From a virus (Duplodnaviria > Caudoviricetes): 64,000 nt of DNA. Every line of letters starts with the position of its first letter. Position 1 is the stretch's first letter. Made by a program: the position numbers and the translations under genes. Positions 7,143-16,228 of the stretch are shown here, piece by piece. The DNA is taken from positions 128,001 to 192,000 of the IMG/VR virus record IMGVR_UViG_3300042997_002652, one strand, 5' to 3'. The notes below the pieces were generated by a model. That model saw only the letters and a list, made by a program, of their open reading frames with translations, was not told the DNA's origin and did not search any database.

Positions 7143-9088
7143 AGCAGTTTTTATTACTTGTGTTGTTAGTCGTTTCTTCTATGGCTCACAGTCAAGATTA
7201 CACACCAAACTTAATTGACTATACTGGTTGGGTAAACGCTGGATCAGTAGGAGAACAACTTACGTGCTGGTCTCCTGGTGGTCCTGGATACTGTGGACCA
7301 TTGCCTGCTGTAGGTGCGTTTAATAATCCCAGTTTGATTAATTTTTCGTATGGCTTAACTGACATTTATCAACCCGTTGATATAGCACAAGCATTGAGTG
7401 CTGCTGGTAGTGGCATTATTGTTAACGGGTTTAGCTTTAACTTTATTGCTAAGAATGGTAATGGTTGGGATAACGGGCAACTTGATTACTTAACAGCGTA
7501 TGCAAAGTTTTATAACAATAATAGTTTAGTAGAATCCTACAACTATGATTTAAATTATAGATTCAATTGGACAAACTTCAATTATTCAGAAACTTTTACA
7601 AACCCGTATCAAATAAATGATTTGGATGAGGTGAAAGTTGGATTTGTAGGTAGAGACACAAATGGTTGGGCAGGATTTTATGGGCCCGAAGTAAGGAACA
7701 TTAATTTTAGATTGAATTATGGGATAGATCCTTGTTATGAAGATCCACTGTCATCAACTTCTTGTGCTGGATTTCAAGAAGCATTATTAGAATTACAATG
7801 TAATGGTGATCCATTATCAAGTATAGATTGCCCTGGATACTTGGAAAATTTTATGTCAGAAATTGATATGAATTTAGATGAAGTTTTTGAAGATGAGATG
7901 TATGATGAATATAGTGAAGAAGAACTATACGAAGACTTAGAAGAGGAATTCTTTGAAGATGAATTCATAGCAGATGAAGAATTTTTAGATGATGAAGAAC
8001 TGTTAGATGAGGACTTAATAGCGGATGAAGAATTTTTAGATGAGGACTTATCAGACGGGGAGTCGGTATTGTCGTTGTTGAAATTAATTGGAATACTTAA
8101 CAACACAGACGATGAATCTATTGATTCTTTAAGTCAGTATGATAGTAATACAATTATGGAAAACCAGATTGTTGAAACTATTACCTCAACAAATATTTCA
8201 ATCATTAAAACAGATGATATTGCCGAACCGGTTAAACAAGAAAATATTATAAGAGTTGAAGTTACACAATTAACAGAACAAAGCGTTAGCTCTGATTCAT
8301 TGATTGCAGAAATTGCAGATCAAGATGAAAAGCAAGTAGAAGATATAGAAACCACAGTTGATGACACGCTGATTGTTGACGATAATATAGAAGAAGAACT
8401 AGAAACAATTATTGCTGTTTCACCTTCGAGTAACGTCAGTGAAACAAATATTGAAACACTTCTTTCCGATAACACGGTACAAGAAAATAATACAGAAACA
8501 GTAGTTGCTGCTACCGAACAAGTTAGTGAGGAAGAAGAAACAAGTGTAGGAAATATTGTAGCACAAGAAGAAACAAATAATAATGAAGAAACAACAAATG
8601 ACAGTTTTGATGATATAACATTGATGAGTGAAGTTAGTTTGGATGTTGTAACCACTGCTACTTCTACATTCAATAATAATTCTATGCAACAAGTATTAGC
8701 ATTGGGAGGAACAATAACAGAAATACTGAATACTCCAGTTCCTGATTTTAGTAGATTTGAAATTAAGCCGCCTACACAAGACGAACAAGTACAAACAGCC
8801 AAAGTAGAAAATACGATAGAAACTATGAGTACAGAAGAGATAGAAAGTCAAGCAGAGATAAGAATAGGATCTATGGATCCAGAGTCTCAAGCAATAGCAT
8901 TACAGTTAATAGGATATAAACAAGGATTTGATCAGTATGGCGGAATGCTTGTTGATCAGAGTAATTGGTATTTAGATAGAGGCATGTATACAAACAACCG
9001 TGTACCAGCAGTATCTAGTTCCAATCAAATATTTGGTGCGCAGGATCAAAGACACCAAGAACTAATGTCATTACAATACGGGAGATAA
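7139..9088 (+). CDS. exported protein with Cys motifs and long acidic region
   Basis: Signal peptide; C..DPLSS..C repeated twice; E/D-rich middle; ATGA overlap. Confidence 0.85.
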   Translation: MKQFLLLVLLVVSSMAHSQDYTPNLIDYTGWVNAGSVGEQLTCWSPGGPGYCGPLPAVGAFNNPSLINFSYGLTDIYQPVDIAQALSAAGSGIIVNGFSFNFIAKNGNGWDNGQLDYLTAYAKFYNNNSLVESYNYDLNYRFNWTNFNYSETFTNPYQINDLDEVKVGFVGRDTNGWAGFYGPEVRNINFRLNYGIDPCYEDPLSSTSCAGFQEALLELQCNGDPLSSIDCPGYLENFMSEIDMNLDEVFEDEMYDEYSEEELYEDLEEEFFEDEFIADEEFLDDEELLDEDLIADEEFLDEDLSDGESVLSLLKLIGILNNTDDESIDSLSQYDSNTIMENQIVETITSTNISIIKTDDIAEPVKQENIIRVEVTQLTEQSVSSDSLIAEIADQDEKQVEDIETTVDDTLIVDDNIEEELETIIAVSPSSNVSETNIETLLSDNTVQENNTETVVAATEQVSEEEETSVGNIVAQEETNNNEETTNDSFDDITLMSEVSLDVVTTATSTFNNNSMQQVLALGGTITEILNTPVPDFSRFEIKPPTQDEQVQTAKVENTIETMSTEEIESQAEIRIGSMDPESQAIALQLIGYKQGFDQYGGMLVDQSNWYLDRGMYTNNRVPAVSSSNQIFGAQDQRHQELMSLQYGR

Positions 9089-9093
9089 TAAAC

Positions 9094-9411
9094 ATGGTAA
9101 AAAAATTACAAGACAATTCAGAATATAACCAATATGATGCTGACGGCGACGGAATAGTTTCCGATGAAGAAATTGCTAAAGCAGAACGTTTAGCAGAATT
9201 AGAAAACAAAGACAGAAAAGAAGATCAGTTAAGACAAATGGCTTGGGTAGCTATGGGTTCTATGGTGTTTTTTACTATTGCACTATTCTTACCATTTTTA
9301 AGCGTAGAAAGACTTACTGCGTTAGATAACTTGTTAAGCATGTTTTATATCGCACAAGCAGGTGTAGTAGCAACATTCTTTGGTTCTAGTGCTTATATGT
9401 CAAGAAGCTAA
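9094..9411 (+). CDS. EF-hand-like motif plus two-TM membrane protein
   Basis: YDADGDGIVSDEE followed by two hydrophobic helices. Confidence 0.7.
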   Translation: MVKKLQDNSEYNQYDADGDGIVSDEEIAKAERLAELENKDRKEDQLRQMAWVAMGSMVFFTIALFLPFLSVERLTALDNLLSMFYIAQAGVVATFFGSSAYMSRS

Positions 9412-9431
9412 AATAAAATAGGGGTAAAGTT

Positions 9432-9893
9432 ATGTTGGAAATAGGTATAGCACTCAATATGGCTGTTTCTGCTTTCAATGGTATAAAGAAAGCAGTTGAA
9501 GCAGGAAGAGAGATAGAAGATGTTGCGGGTTATTTTGGCAAATTTTTTGATGCAAAAGAAACCATATCTGAAGCATCACAATATAATGAAAATGCCCCTT
9601 TATTCAAAAAAATATTCGCAGGCAAAAGTGTAGAAGCTCAAGCCTTAGAAATTACTGCAGCCAAACATAAAGCAGCAAAAATAGAAAAAGAGTTGCGCGA
9701 ATTTCTTATCTATTCTGGTCAAGCTCAGTTTTATGAAGATATGCTGAGAGAAAGAAGACATATCAGAGAAGCTAGAATAGAAAAAGCAAGAGCAAATGCT
9801 ATAAGTAAAAAGTTTTGGATTGATGCGTTTTTTATAGGATTTCTTTTAACGACTATTTTTATCCTATTAGGTATGATAATAAGAATAATTTAA
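9432..9893 (+). CDS. coiled-coil protein with C-terminal TM
   Basis: 153 aa, hydrophobic C-terminus. Confidence 0.75.
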   Translation: MLEIGIALNMAVSAFNGIKKAVEAGREIEDVAGYFGKFFDAKETISEASQYNENAPLFKKIFAGKSVEAQALEITAAKHKAAKIEKELREFLIYSGQAQFYEDMLRERRHIREARIEKARANAISKKFWIDAFFIGFLLTTIFILLGMIIRII

Positions 9894-9912
9894 ATTTTGA
9901 GGTAATAACATC

Positions 9913-10437
9913 ATGAGTGATGAAGAAAACAAAACAGCACAAGTAGAATTTGCCGGAATGAGTTTAAGCGGTAGTAAACTGCTATTGTTGATACCTATTT
10001 TAAGTGCATTAGGCGGAGCACTTTGGGGAGGATTTGAAGTGTATCAGCGTTTGTTGGATGCTGAAGAAGCTGTCACAAGTTATATTGCTCCTGATATGTC
10101 AGGCATAGAACAACAGTTAGCAGTACAGCAAACACAAATGAACGAGTTTAAAACAGCCATAGATCAACAGTTTGCTACTACTAATCAATTGTTAGCCGAA
10201 CAACGCACTCAAATAAATGATATCAGACAAAGTATGCGTGATCAAGAATCATTGGTTAGAACTATTGACGAAAATACCGCAACTACCCAGCGTGATTTAA
10301 GAAACGATGTGTATGAAATGGAAAAAGAACTTAATGATAGAGTTAAAGAGTTAGATACTACTTTAAGAACGGTCCGCGAAGATTTAGAAAAGAAAATGCA
10401 GGAAATTTTAGCGAATCCTTTAAATACGGTTGAGTAA
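9913..10437 (+). CDS. N-terminal TM coiled-coil protein
   Basis: TM segment then long heptad-like Q/E/L region. Confidence 0.75.
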   Translation: MSDEENKTAQVEFAGMSLSGSKLLLLIPILSALGGALWGGFEVYQRLLDAEEAVTSYIAPDMSGIEQQLAVQQTQMNEFKTAIDQQFATTNQLLAEQRTQINDIRQSMRDQESLVRTIDENTATTQRDLRNDVYEMEKELNDRVKELDTTLRTVREDLEKKMQEILANPLNTVE

Positions 10438-10467
10438 ACTTGAACATTTGTTGCACACCCTCTTTAT

Positions 10468-10473
10468 TAAATA
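10468..10473 (+). promoter_or_regulatory. late promoter-like box TAAATA
   Basis: 20 nt upstream of ATG, with AGAGGAG SD between. Confidence 0.5.
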
Positions 10474-10493
10474 CATATAAAGAGGAGTGTAAA

Positions 10494-11732
10494 ATGTTTT
10501 TAAAAAACAAACCGTTATCTCGTAGAACATTATTAAAAGGTGCAGGTTTCAGCTTAACACTGCCCATGTTAGATGCTATGATACCTACTGTTACCGCAGC
10601 TCCTATTGCTGATCCTAAGTTAGCTTTCATTTACTTTCCTCACGGTGCTGTAATGAAATATTGGACTCCTCAACAAACAGGTAAAGACTTTGAGTTTTCA
10701 CCCATACTAAAACCATTAGAACCTCTTAGAGACTATGTTACTGTAGTAAGCGGATTGAGAAACAAAGGAGGTGAAAGTTCCAATCCTCATAGTATCATTG
10801 AAGAAACTTGGTTAACTTGTGTAGCACCAGACCAAAGAACAGGTGAACAAGGTTTAAGTGCTGATCAGATTGCAGCTAAGCACTTTACAAATACACCTCT
10901 GAGTTCGTTAGAATTATGCGGCGAACCCGGCGGATCACTTAGCTATCGTTCTAACAATCAAGCATTACCGCTTGAAGGCAATCCCAGAAAGGTATATTAT
11001 ACCATGTTCGGGGAAGGTGACAACTATCAAGATCGCATGAACATTCTAACACAGAAAAATAGCTTGTTAGACTATGTAATGGAGAGTACTAAATCACTAA
11101 ATAAGAAACTGGATAACAACGACAAACTTAAAGTGGAAGAGTATTTGAGCAGTGTACGCGATATTGAAAAGCGCATATCAGGGTTAGAAAGCAGTGCTAG
11201 TGGTCTTACTGATTTACCAGAAGCTCCTATTGGTCCGCCCGACGATTTTGAAGCACTATTAGATATTCAGTATGAAATGATGGCATTAGCATTACAAACA
11301 GGACAAACTCGTATCGTGAGTATGCGCACAGTTAAAGAAGCCAGTATGAGAGTGTTCAGCAACTTGGGCATTGAGGAAGCGTTTCATCCACTTAGCCATC
11401 ATCAAGAAAATGAAGCCAAGTACGAACAATTAGTAAGACTACAGCGTTGGCAAACTGAACGCGCTGCTAAATTTGCTCTTAGACTAAAAGATATGGGTTT
11501 ACTTGACGATACCGTGATCTTATTTGGTTCTAACATGAGCAATTCAGACAGACATAATAACGATCCACTACCGTCAGTGCTAATTGGTCGTGCAGGTGGC
11601 ATTAAAGGTAATCAGCACTTAGCTTATGCTCAAGATACTTCCCATGCTCGTTTGATACACACAATGTTAGAAAAGACTGGTGTACACTTAGATCAGTTTG
11701 CTGATAGTACAGGATCATTATTAGAAGTATAA
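10494..11732 (+). CDS. DUF1552-family protein
   Basis: LSRRTLLKGAG..LPMLDAM, FIYFPHG, FHPLSHH, GSNMSNSDRH..DPLP; start at 10494 by SD. Confidence 0.75.
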   Translation: MFLKNKPLSRRTLLKGAGFSLTLPMLDAMIPTVTAAPIADPKLAFIYFPHGAVMKYWTPQQTGKDFEFSPILKPLEPLRDYVTVVSGLRNKGGESSNPHSIIEETWLTCVAPDQRTGEQGLSADQIAAKHFTNTPLSSLELCGEPGGSLSYRSNNQALPLEGNPRKVYYTMFGEGDNYQDRMNILTQKNSLLDYVMESTKSLNKKLDNNDKLKVEEYLSSVRDIEKRISGLESSASGLTDLPEAPIGPPDDFEALLDIQYEMMALALQTGQTRIVSMRTVKEASMRVFSNLGIEEAFHPLSHHQENEAKYEQLVRLQRWQTERAAKFALRLKDMGLLDDTVILFGSNMSNSDRHNNDPLPSVLIGRAGGIKGNQHLAYAQDTSHARLIHTMLEKTGVHLDQFADSTGSLLEV

Positions 11733-11757
11733 TTTATGGTAAAAAATTAATCAAATC

Positions 11758-11801
11758 TTGACAGGCCTGTCACATAATTTTAACATAGTATTTAATAAAT
11801 A
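11758..11801 (+). promoter_or_regulatory. sigma70-like promoter with palindrome over the -35, plus late box
   Basis: TTGACA-17-TAACAT; palindrome TGACAGGCCTGTCA 11759-11772; TAAATA 11796-11801. Confidence 0.55.
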
Positions 11802-11837
11802 TGTGTGACAAAATTATAACAGTCAAGGATAATATAA

Positions 11838-14063
11838 ATGAATAAACTCAATAAACTTTTCACGGCACTTTTTATAAGTGCCATTTCTTTATCAACCCAG
11901 GCACAACCCTCGCTAGAAGAAATAGTAGTTACAGCTACCAAAAGAGAAACAAACTTAATTGATACACCCATATCAATGTCAGTAGTAAGCTCAAAGAATT
12001 TACAAGAAAGACACGTACAAAGCTTAATGGACTTGGCTGATGGTTCTGTTCCTGGATTAAACATAGCTCCATTTGAATCTAGACAATCTGCTGTTACTAT
12101 TGGTATTAGGGGTATTGTTCCTCTTGATGCTAATCAACCAGCGCGTGAACAAGGAGTAGGTGTTTACATAGATGGAGTATACTTAGGTAGACAACATGGA
12201 TTGAACGCAGCATTGCTAGACTTAGAAAGAATTGAAGTACTAAAAGGACCTCAAGGTACACTCTTTGGTAGAAACACAGAAGGTGGTGCGTTAAGTATGG
12301 TAACAAAAAAACCCACTGGCGAATTTGACTTTAGAATGAATACGGGAGCAGGTAACTATAATAGTAATAATATAGACTTTCATATTAACTTACCTACATT
12401 CTTTAATGTAATGACCAAGATAGATGGGATCACTCAGTATCAAGATGCTACTACTAAAAATCCATTAGCCGGTGAAACTGGTTGGAACTTTTTTGAAAGA
12501 AAGGGATTTAAAATAGCTAACAGATTAGAAACTGATAACTTTACTTTTGATTATTCATATGATGTAAGTATGGATGCGAACAGTCCCTTTTATAGTCAAT
12601 TGCTTAATTACAATCCCATGAATTTGCCAAATGTAACTCCTCTTCCTCCTATGGTAGTTGTAAACGGTTCTAGTATCATGAAAAAAGGTGATATTGGTGT
12701 TCCGCAACAACCTAGCGTAGCTGATGTAGGTGGTCAAAGTTTTAATATTATTTGGGATGTAACAGACAACTTAGAGTTTAGATCAATCACAGCTAAGCGT
12801 TGGGTAGATTCTACACAGTGGGATAATGCTGGCGGTGCTCACAGAATTCCAGTAGCTAAAGCAAACAGTGTATTCAGTAGATATAGTGTTTCTGAACTTC
12901 ATCAAACACAATTTAGTCAAGAGTTTCAGTTAGTAGGAAGCACTGATACTATTGATTACGTAGCTGGTTTATACTACTTTACTGAAGACGCATATGAAGA
13001 AGCAGCCACTCCTTCAACTAATACTTGGAACTTTACTCTAACTGGTTATACTATAAATGATCTTACCCCAACTCAACCAGGTAAAAGATTTATAGATAGA
13101 GGTAGTAGAGCCACTGCTGTTAGTAGCGCAGTGTTTTCACAGGCTACTTATACCCCTATTAATTTTGAAAGACTACATATAACATTAGGCGGAAGATATA
13201 CTAAAGACGATAAATCAGGCGAGTTGTATCTTTTAAGAAATAACCCATCACCGTACTCTTTCATAGAAATTTCTAAAAGATTTAATCCTTTAGCAATCGT
13301 TGCGTTTGATGTTACTGATGGTATCAATGCTTATGTGAAATACGCTACTGGTTATCGTTCTGGTGGTGCTAGTTCACGTTCAGCAACTTATCGCTCATTT
13401 GGACCTGAAGATAATATTTCATATGAGTTAGGTGTAAAAGCGCAATTAGATCGTGCTAGAATTAACTTTGCTGCTTACACGATGGAAAGAACTGGTAGTC
13501 AAGTTGACTTTAGTCAAGTAGTATTTGATCCTGTTTCTAAGTCTTCTAGACACACATTAGAAACTATGAATGCTCCGGGGATTACTGAAATTCAAGGTAT
13601 CGAACTTGATGGAACATTCTTAGTAACTGAAAATTTAGAAGTAACAGCAGCGTATACGTATACAACTACATCAGTACCTGCTACAATTAATCCGTTTAAA
13701 AACTTACCTCAACCAGTGTTTATTGTATATACACCTGAAAATGTTTGGAACTTGGGAGCAAATCATACATTAGCACTTGACAAGTTTACAGTAGAAACAC
13801 ATTTGAGTGCGAATAAGTCTGATCCTTCATATTCATTTTCTGAATTTGATTTACCAAATGACGGATCATTTATCGTAAATGCAAGCGTATCTATAAATAA
13901 CTTTATTAATGCTGAAAGTCTAAGCTTACAATTGTGGGTAAGAAATATGTTAGATGGTCATTTTGTTTTTAGAAGTGATCCATCAAATGACAATGTGTTG
14001 GGTACTTATGGTAACTTTAACGCGCCAAGAACTTTCGGTATCACATTAGGGTACGAAATATAA
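11838..14063 (+). CDS. TonB-dependent outer-membrane receptor, full length
   Basis: Signal peptide, TonB box EEIVVTA, plug DLERIEVLKGPQGTLFGRNTEGGA, barrel-type C-terminus APRTFGITLGYEI; 741 aa. Confidence 0.92.
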   Translation: MNKLNKLFTALFISAISLSTQAQPSLEEIVVTATKRETNLIDTPISMSVVSSKNLQERHVQSLMDLADGSVPGLNIAPFESRQSAVTIGIRGIVPLDANQPAREQGVGVYIDGVYLGRQHGLNAALLDLERIEVLKGPQGTLFGRNTEGGALSMVTKKPTGEFDFRMNTGAGNYNSNNIDFHINLPTFFNVMTKIDGITQYQDATTKNPLAGETGWNFFERKGFKIANRLETDNFTFDYSYDVSMDANSPFYSQLLNYNPMNLPNVTPLPPMVVVNGSSIMKKGDIGVPQQPSVADVGGQSFNIIWDVTDNLEFRSITAKRWVDSTQWDNAGGAHRIPVAKANSVFSRYSVSELHQTQFSQEFQLVGSTDTIDYVAGLYYFTEDAYEEAATPSTNTWNFTLTGYTINDLTPTQPGKRFIDRGSRATAVSSAVFSQATYTPINFERLHITLGGRYTKDDKSGELYLLRNNPSPYSFIEISKRFNPLAIVAFDVTDGINAYVKYATGYRSGGASSRSATYRSFGPEDNISYELGVKAQLDRARINFAAYTMERTGSQVDFSQVVFDPVSKSSRHTLETMNAPGITEIQGIELDGTFLVTENLEVTAAYTYTTTSVPATINPFKNLPQPVFIVYTPENVWNLGANHTLALDKFTVETHLSANKSDPSYSFSEFDLPNDGSFIVNASVSINNFINAESLSLQLWVRNMLDGHFVFRSDPSNDNVLGTYGNFNAPRTFGITLGYEI

Positions 14064-14773
14064 TGTTAAAAGATAAACTAACCATAGTAATACCTTGCAA
14101 AAATGAAGAAAAATATATAGCTCACCTGCTAAATTCATTACATGAGCAAATAGGTATTCATGATGTTAGAATAATTATAGCTGACATATCAACTGATAAT
14201 ACTAGACAAGTTATAGAAGAAAACAAAAAGGACTTAGATGTAGTAGTTATAGAGGGAGGTCCCGTGTCCAAAGCCAAAAACAATGGAGCCGATCTTGTAA
14301 CTACTCCCTATATCTTATTCATAGATAGTGATGTTAGGTTTTTTAATAATTTGGTTATTAGCGACACGATAGCACTATTAGAAAAAGAAAACTTAGATTT
14401 GATTGGGTTAAATATAAAGTGCTATGATAATGATCACGTTGCTAAGGTTAGTTTTAGCATTTTTAATATTGTTAATAAAATAATGTCTAACTTTATACCT
14501 TTTGCAGTTGGTGCGTATATGTTAACTCGTACTGAAAAGTTCTATGAGTTGGGAGGCTTTCCTGAAAAGTATCCTACATCAGAAGATTTTCATTTATCTA
14601 AAAAATATGATGTTAAAAAGTTTAAGATAGCCAATCATTATTTTGGTCAAGATAGTAGAAGATTTAAAAAGATGGGATACTTTGGTATGACTTGGTATTT
14701 GATAAAAAACTTTATTAACAGAAATAATGAATCTTATTGGAAGAACTTAGATGGAAACAAATACTGGTTATAA
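14063..14773 (+). CDS. glycosyltransferase family 2
   Basis: IVIPCKNEE, D..STD, FIDSD, SEDF. Confidence 0.9.
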   Translation: MLKDKLTIVIPCKNEEKYIAHLLNSLHEQIGIHDVRIIIADISTDNTRQVIEENKKDLDVVVIEGGPVSKAKNNGADLVTTPYILFIDSDVRFFNNLVISDTIALLEKENLDLIGLNIKCYDNDHVAKVSFSIFNIVNKIMSNFIPFAVGAYMLTRTEKFYELGGFPEKYPTSEDFHLSKKYDVKKFKIANHYFGQDSRRFKKMGYFGMTWYLIKNFINRNNESYWKNLDGNKYWL

Positions 14774-15488
14774 ATCAGTTTTTATATCAGACTTACACCT
14801 GGGTTCTAAACACTGCAACTCTGAAAAGCTTTTGTCTTTTTTATCAAATCTACAAACAGAAAAATTGTACTTAGTAGGAGATATAATAGACGGTTGGAGA
14901 TTGCAGAAAAAGTGGTATTGGCCTAACAAACATAATATAATACTAAAAAAACTTATCAAGTTATCTAAGACAACCGAAATTATATACATTACCGGTAATC
15001 ATGACGAGTTTCTTAGATCAATACCTGATGTTAAAATAGGTAATGTACCAGTATATAACAGAATAGACCACATAGGTACTGATGGTAAACGATACTTAGT
15101 TACTCATGGTGATATATTTGATCATTTAATGAGAACGCGCAGCGGCAGATTTGTCATGCATTTGGGTGATATAGCATACGATGGTTTAATATATCTTAAC
15201 CGATTGGTAAATGGTGTGAGAAAAATATTTAACAGACCGCCGTGGAGTTTAGCTAAATTTTTAAAAAAGAAAGCAAAAGCGGCTGCTACATACATAGGTG
15301 ACTTTGAACAAGAAATGTCAACGTATTGTAAAAAGAAAGGATACGATGGTGTAATCTGCGGTCACATTCATCATGCGACTATCAAGAATTTTGACGGAGT
15401 AGTTTACATGAATGATGGAGACTGGTGTGAAAGTTGCACTGCTTTAGTTGAAACTAAAGCAGGCACATTTACAATCATCCAATACTGA
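14751..15488 (+). CDS. LpxH-like (UDP-2,3-diacylglucosamine diphosphatase family) metallophosphoesterase
   Basis: SDLHLGS, GDIIDGW, GNHD, THGD, CGHIHH, NDGDW. Confidence 0.8.
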   Translation: METNTGYKSVFISDLHLGSKHCNSEKLLSFLSNLQTEKLYLVGDIIDGWRLQKKWYWPNKHNIILKKLIKLSKTTEIIYITGNHDEFLRSIPDVKIGNVPVYNRIDHIGTDGKRYLVTHGDIFDHLMRTRSGRFVMHLGDIAYDGLIYLNRLVNGVRKIFNRPPWSLAKFLKKKAKAAATYIGDFEQEMSTYCKKKGYDGVICGHIHHATIKNFDGVVYMNDGDWCESCTALVETKAGTFTIIQY

Positions 15489-15933
15489 TATCTTCCATAC
15501 CAGCCGTTCTTAGTTTTACGATGTGACCCATTTGCCATTGTTTGGCTTCTAAGCCCTTAAGTATACCTAAAAACTTATTTCTCAATAAAGCTACTTCGTT
15601 TATTATTAATTCGTACTCAATTACTTCATCTTCACCATCGGTATACTTTTCTGCATCTCGTGAAGTTAATGCACGATTGTAAGCTTCTAAGTATTTTTGA
15701 AAATGTTTCCTACGTATTTTTCGTAGTTGAATATTAAGGTAATTAAGTACTGCTTCAACTTCTTGTAAATGATTAAAACGTAACTCAGTTATGCCGGGTA
15801 ATGCGGCAATGTTCTTTTCAACATTGCCGTAGATCGTTACTTCTTTCTTTGCCTGTGCTAACTGATTTTCATAATATGAAATAAAATCAGGTAGTTGAGA
15901 AAGATCATTAGTTACACGATTATACCAAGTCAT
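15475..15933 (-). CDS. uvsY: UvsY-like recombination mediator
   Basis: Y.E.YNRALTSRDAEKY.DGE motif, helical, near uvsX. Confidence 0.75.
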   Translation of the reverse strand: MTWYNRVTNDLSQLPDFISYYENQLAQAKKEVTIYGNVEKNIAALPGITELRFNHLQEVEAVLNYLNIQLRKIRRKHFQKYLEAYNRALTSRDAEKYTDGEDEVIEYELIINEVALLRNKFLGILKGLEAKQWQMGHIVKLRTAGMEDISIG

Positions 15934-16205
15934 TAATAGTTGTCTTCATCCTCATCATCGTTGTCGTCATAATCATCGTAGCCATACTCGTCTTCTTCTA
16001 CTTCCAAGTCAAGATCGTCTACTTCATATAGACCAAGAGCATTAACAATGTTTCCATCTTTTTTAAATGCTTTTTTCAAGTCTTTAGGATCAAAATCATT
16101 GTCAATCAAAACATTTACAAATGTTTCGGCTGCTTCAGGTCTATCAGAAGTTGCAAACAATGGCTTCATTGCTGCCCAAATTTCAGTAACAATATCTAAA
16201 TTCAT
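15933..16205 (-). CDS. hypothetical protein with acidic tail
   Basis: 90 aa, D/E/Y-rich C-terminus. Confidence 0.75.
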   Translation of the reverse strand: MNLDIVTEIWAAMKPLFATSDRPEAAETFVNVLIDNDFDPKDLKKAFKKDGNIVNALGLYEVDDLDLEVEEDEYGYDDYDDNDDEDEDNY

Positions 16206-16228
16206 AATGGCTCCTTTAAAAGTTATAT

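Noticed and set aside
7774-8890. Ser-rich minus-strand ORFs
   Set aside because: Shadows of the acidic region of 7139-9088.
10440-15488. Bacterial contamination or prophage boundary at the TBDR island
   Set aside because: AT-rich composition, TAAATA boxes and a convergent overlap with uvsY fit phage residence; no integrase or att site seen. Read-level confirmation is still advisable.
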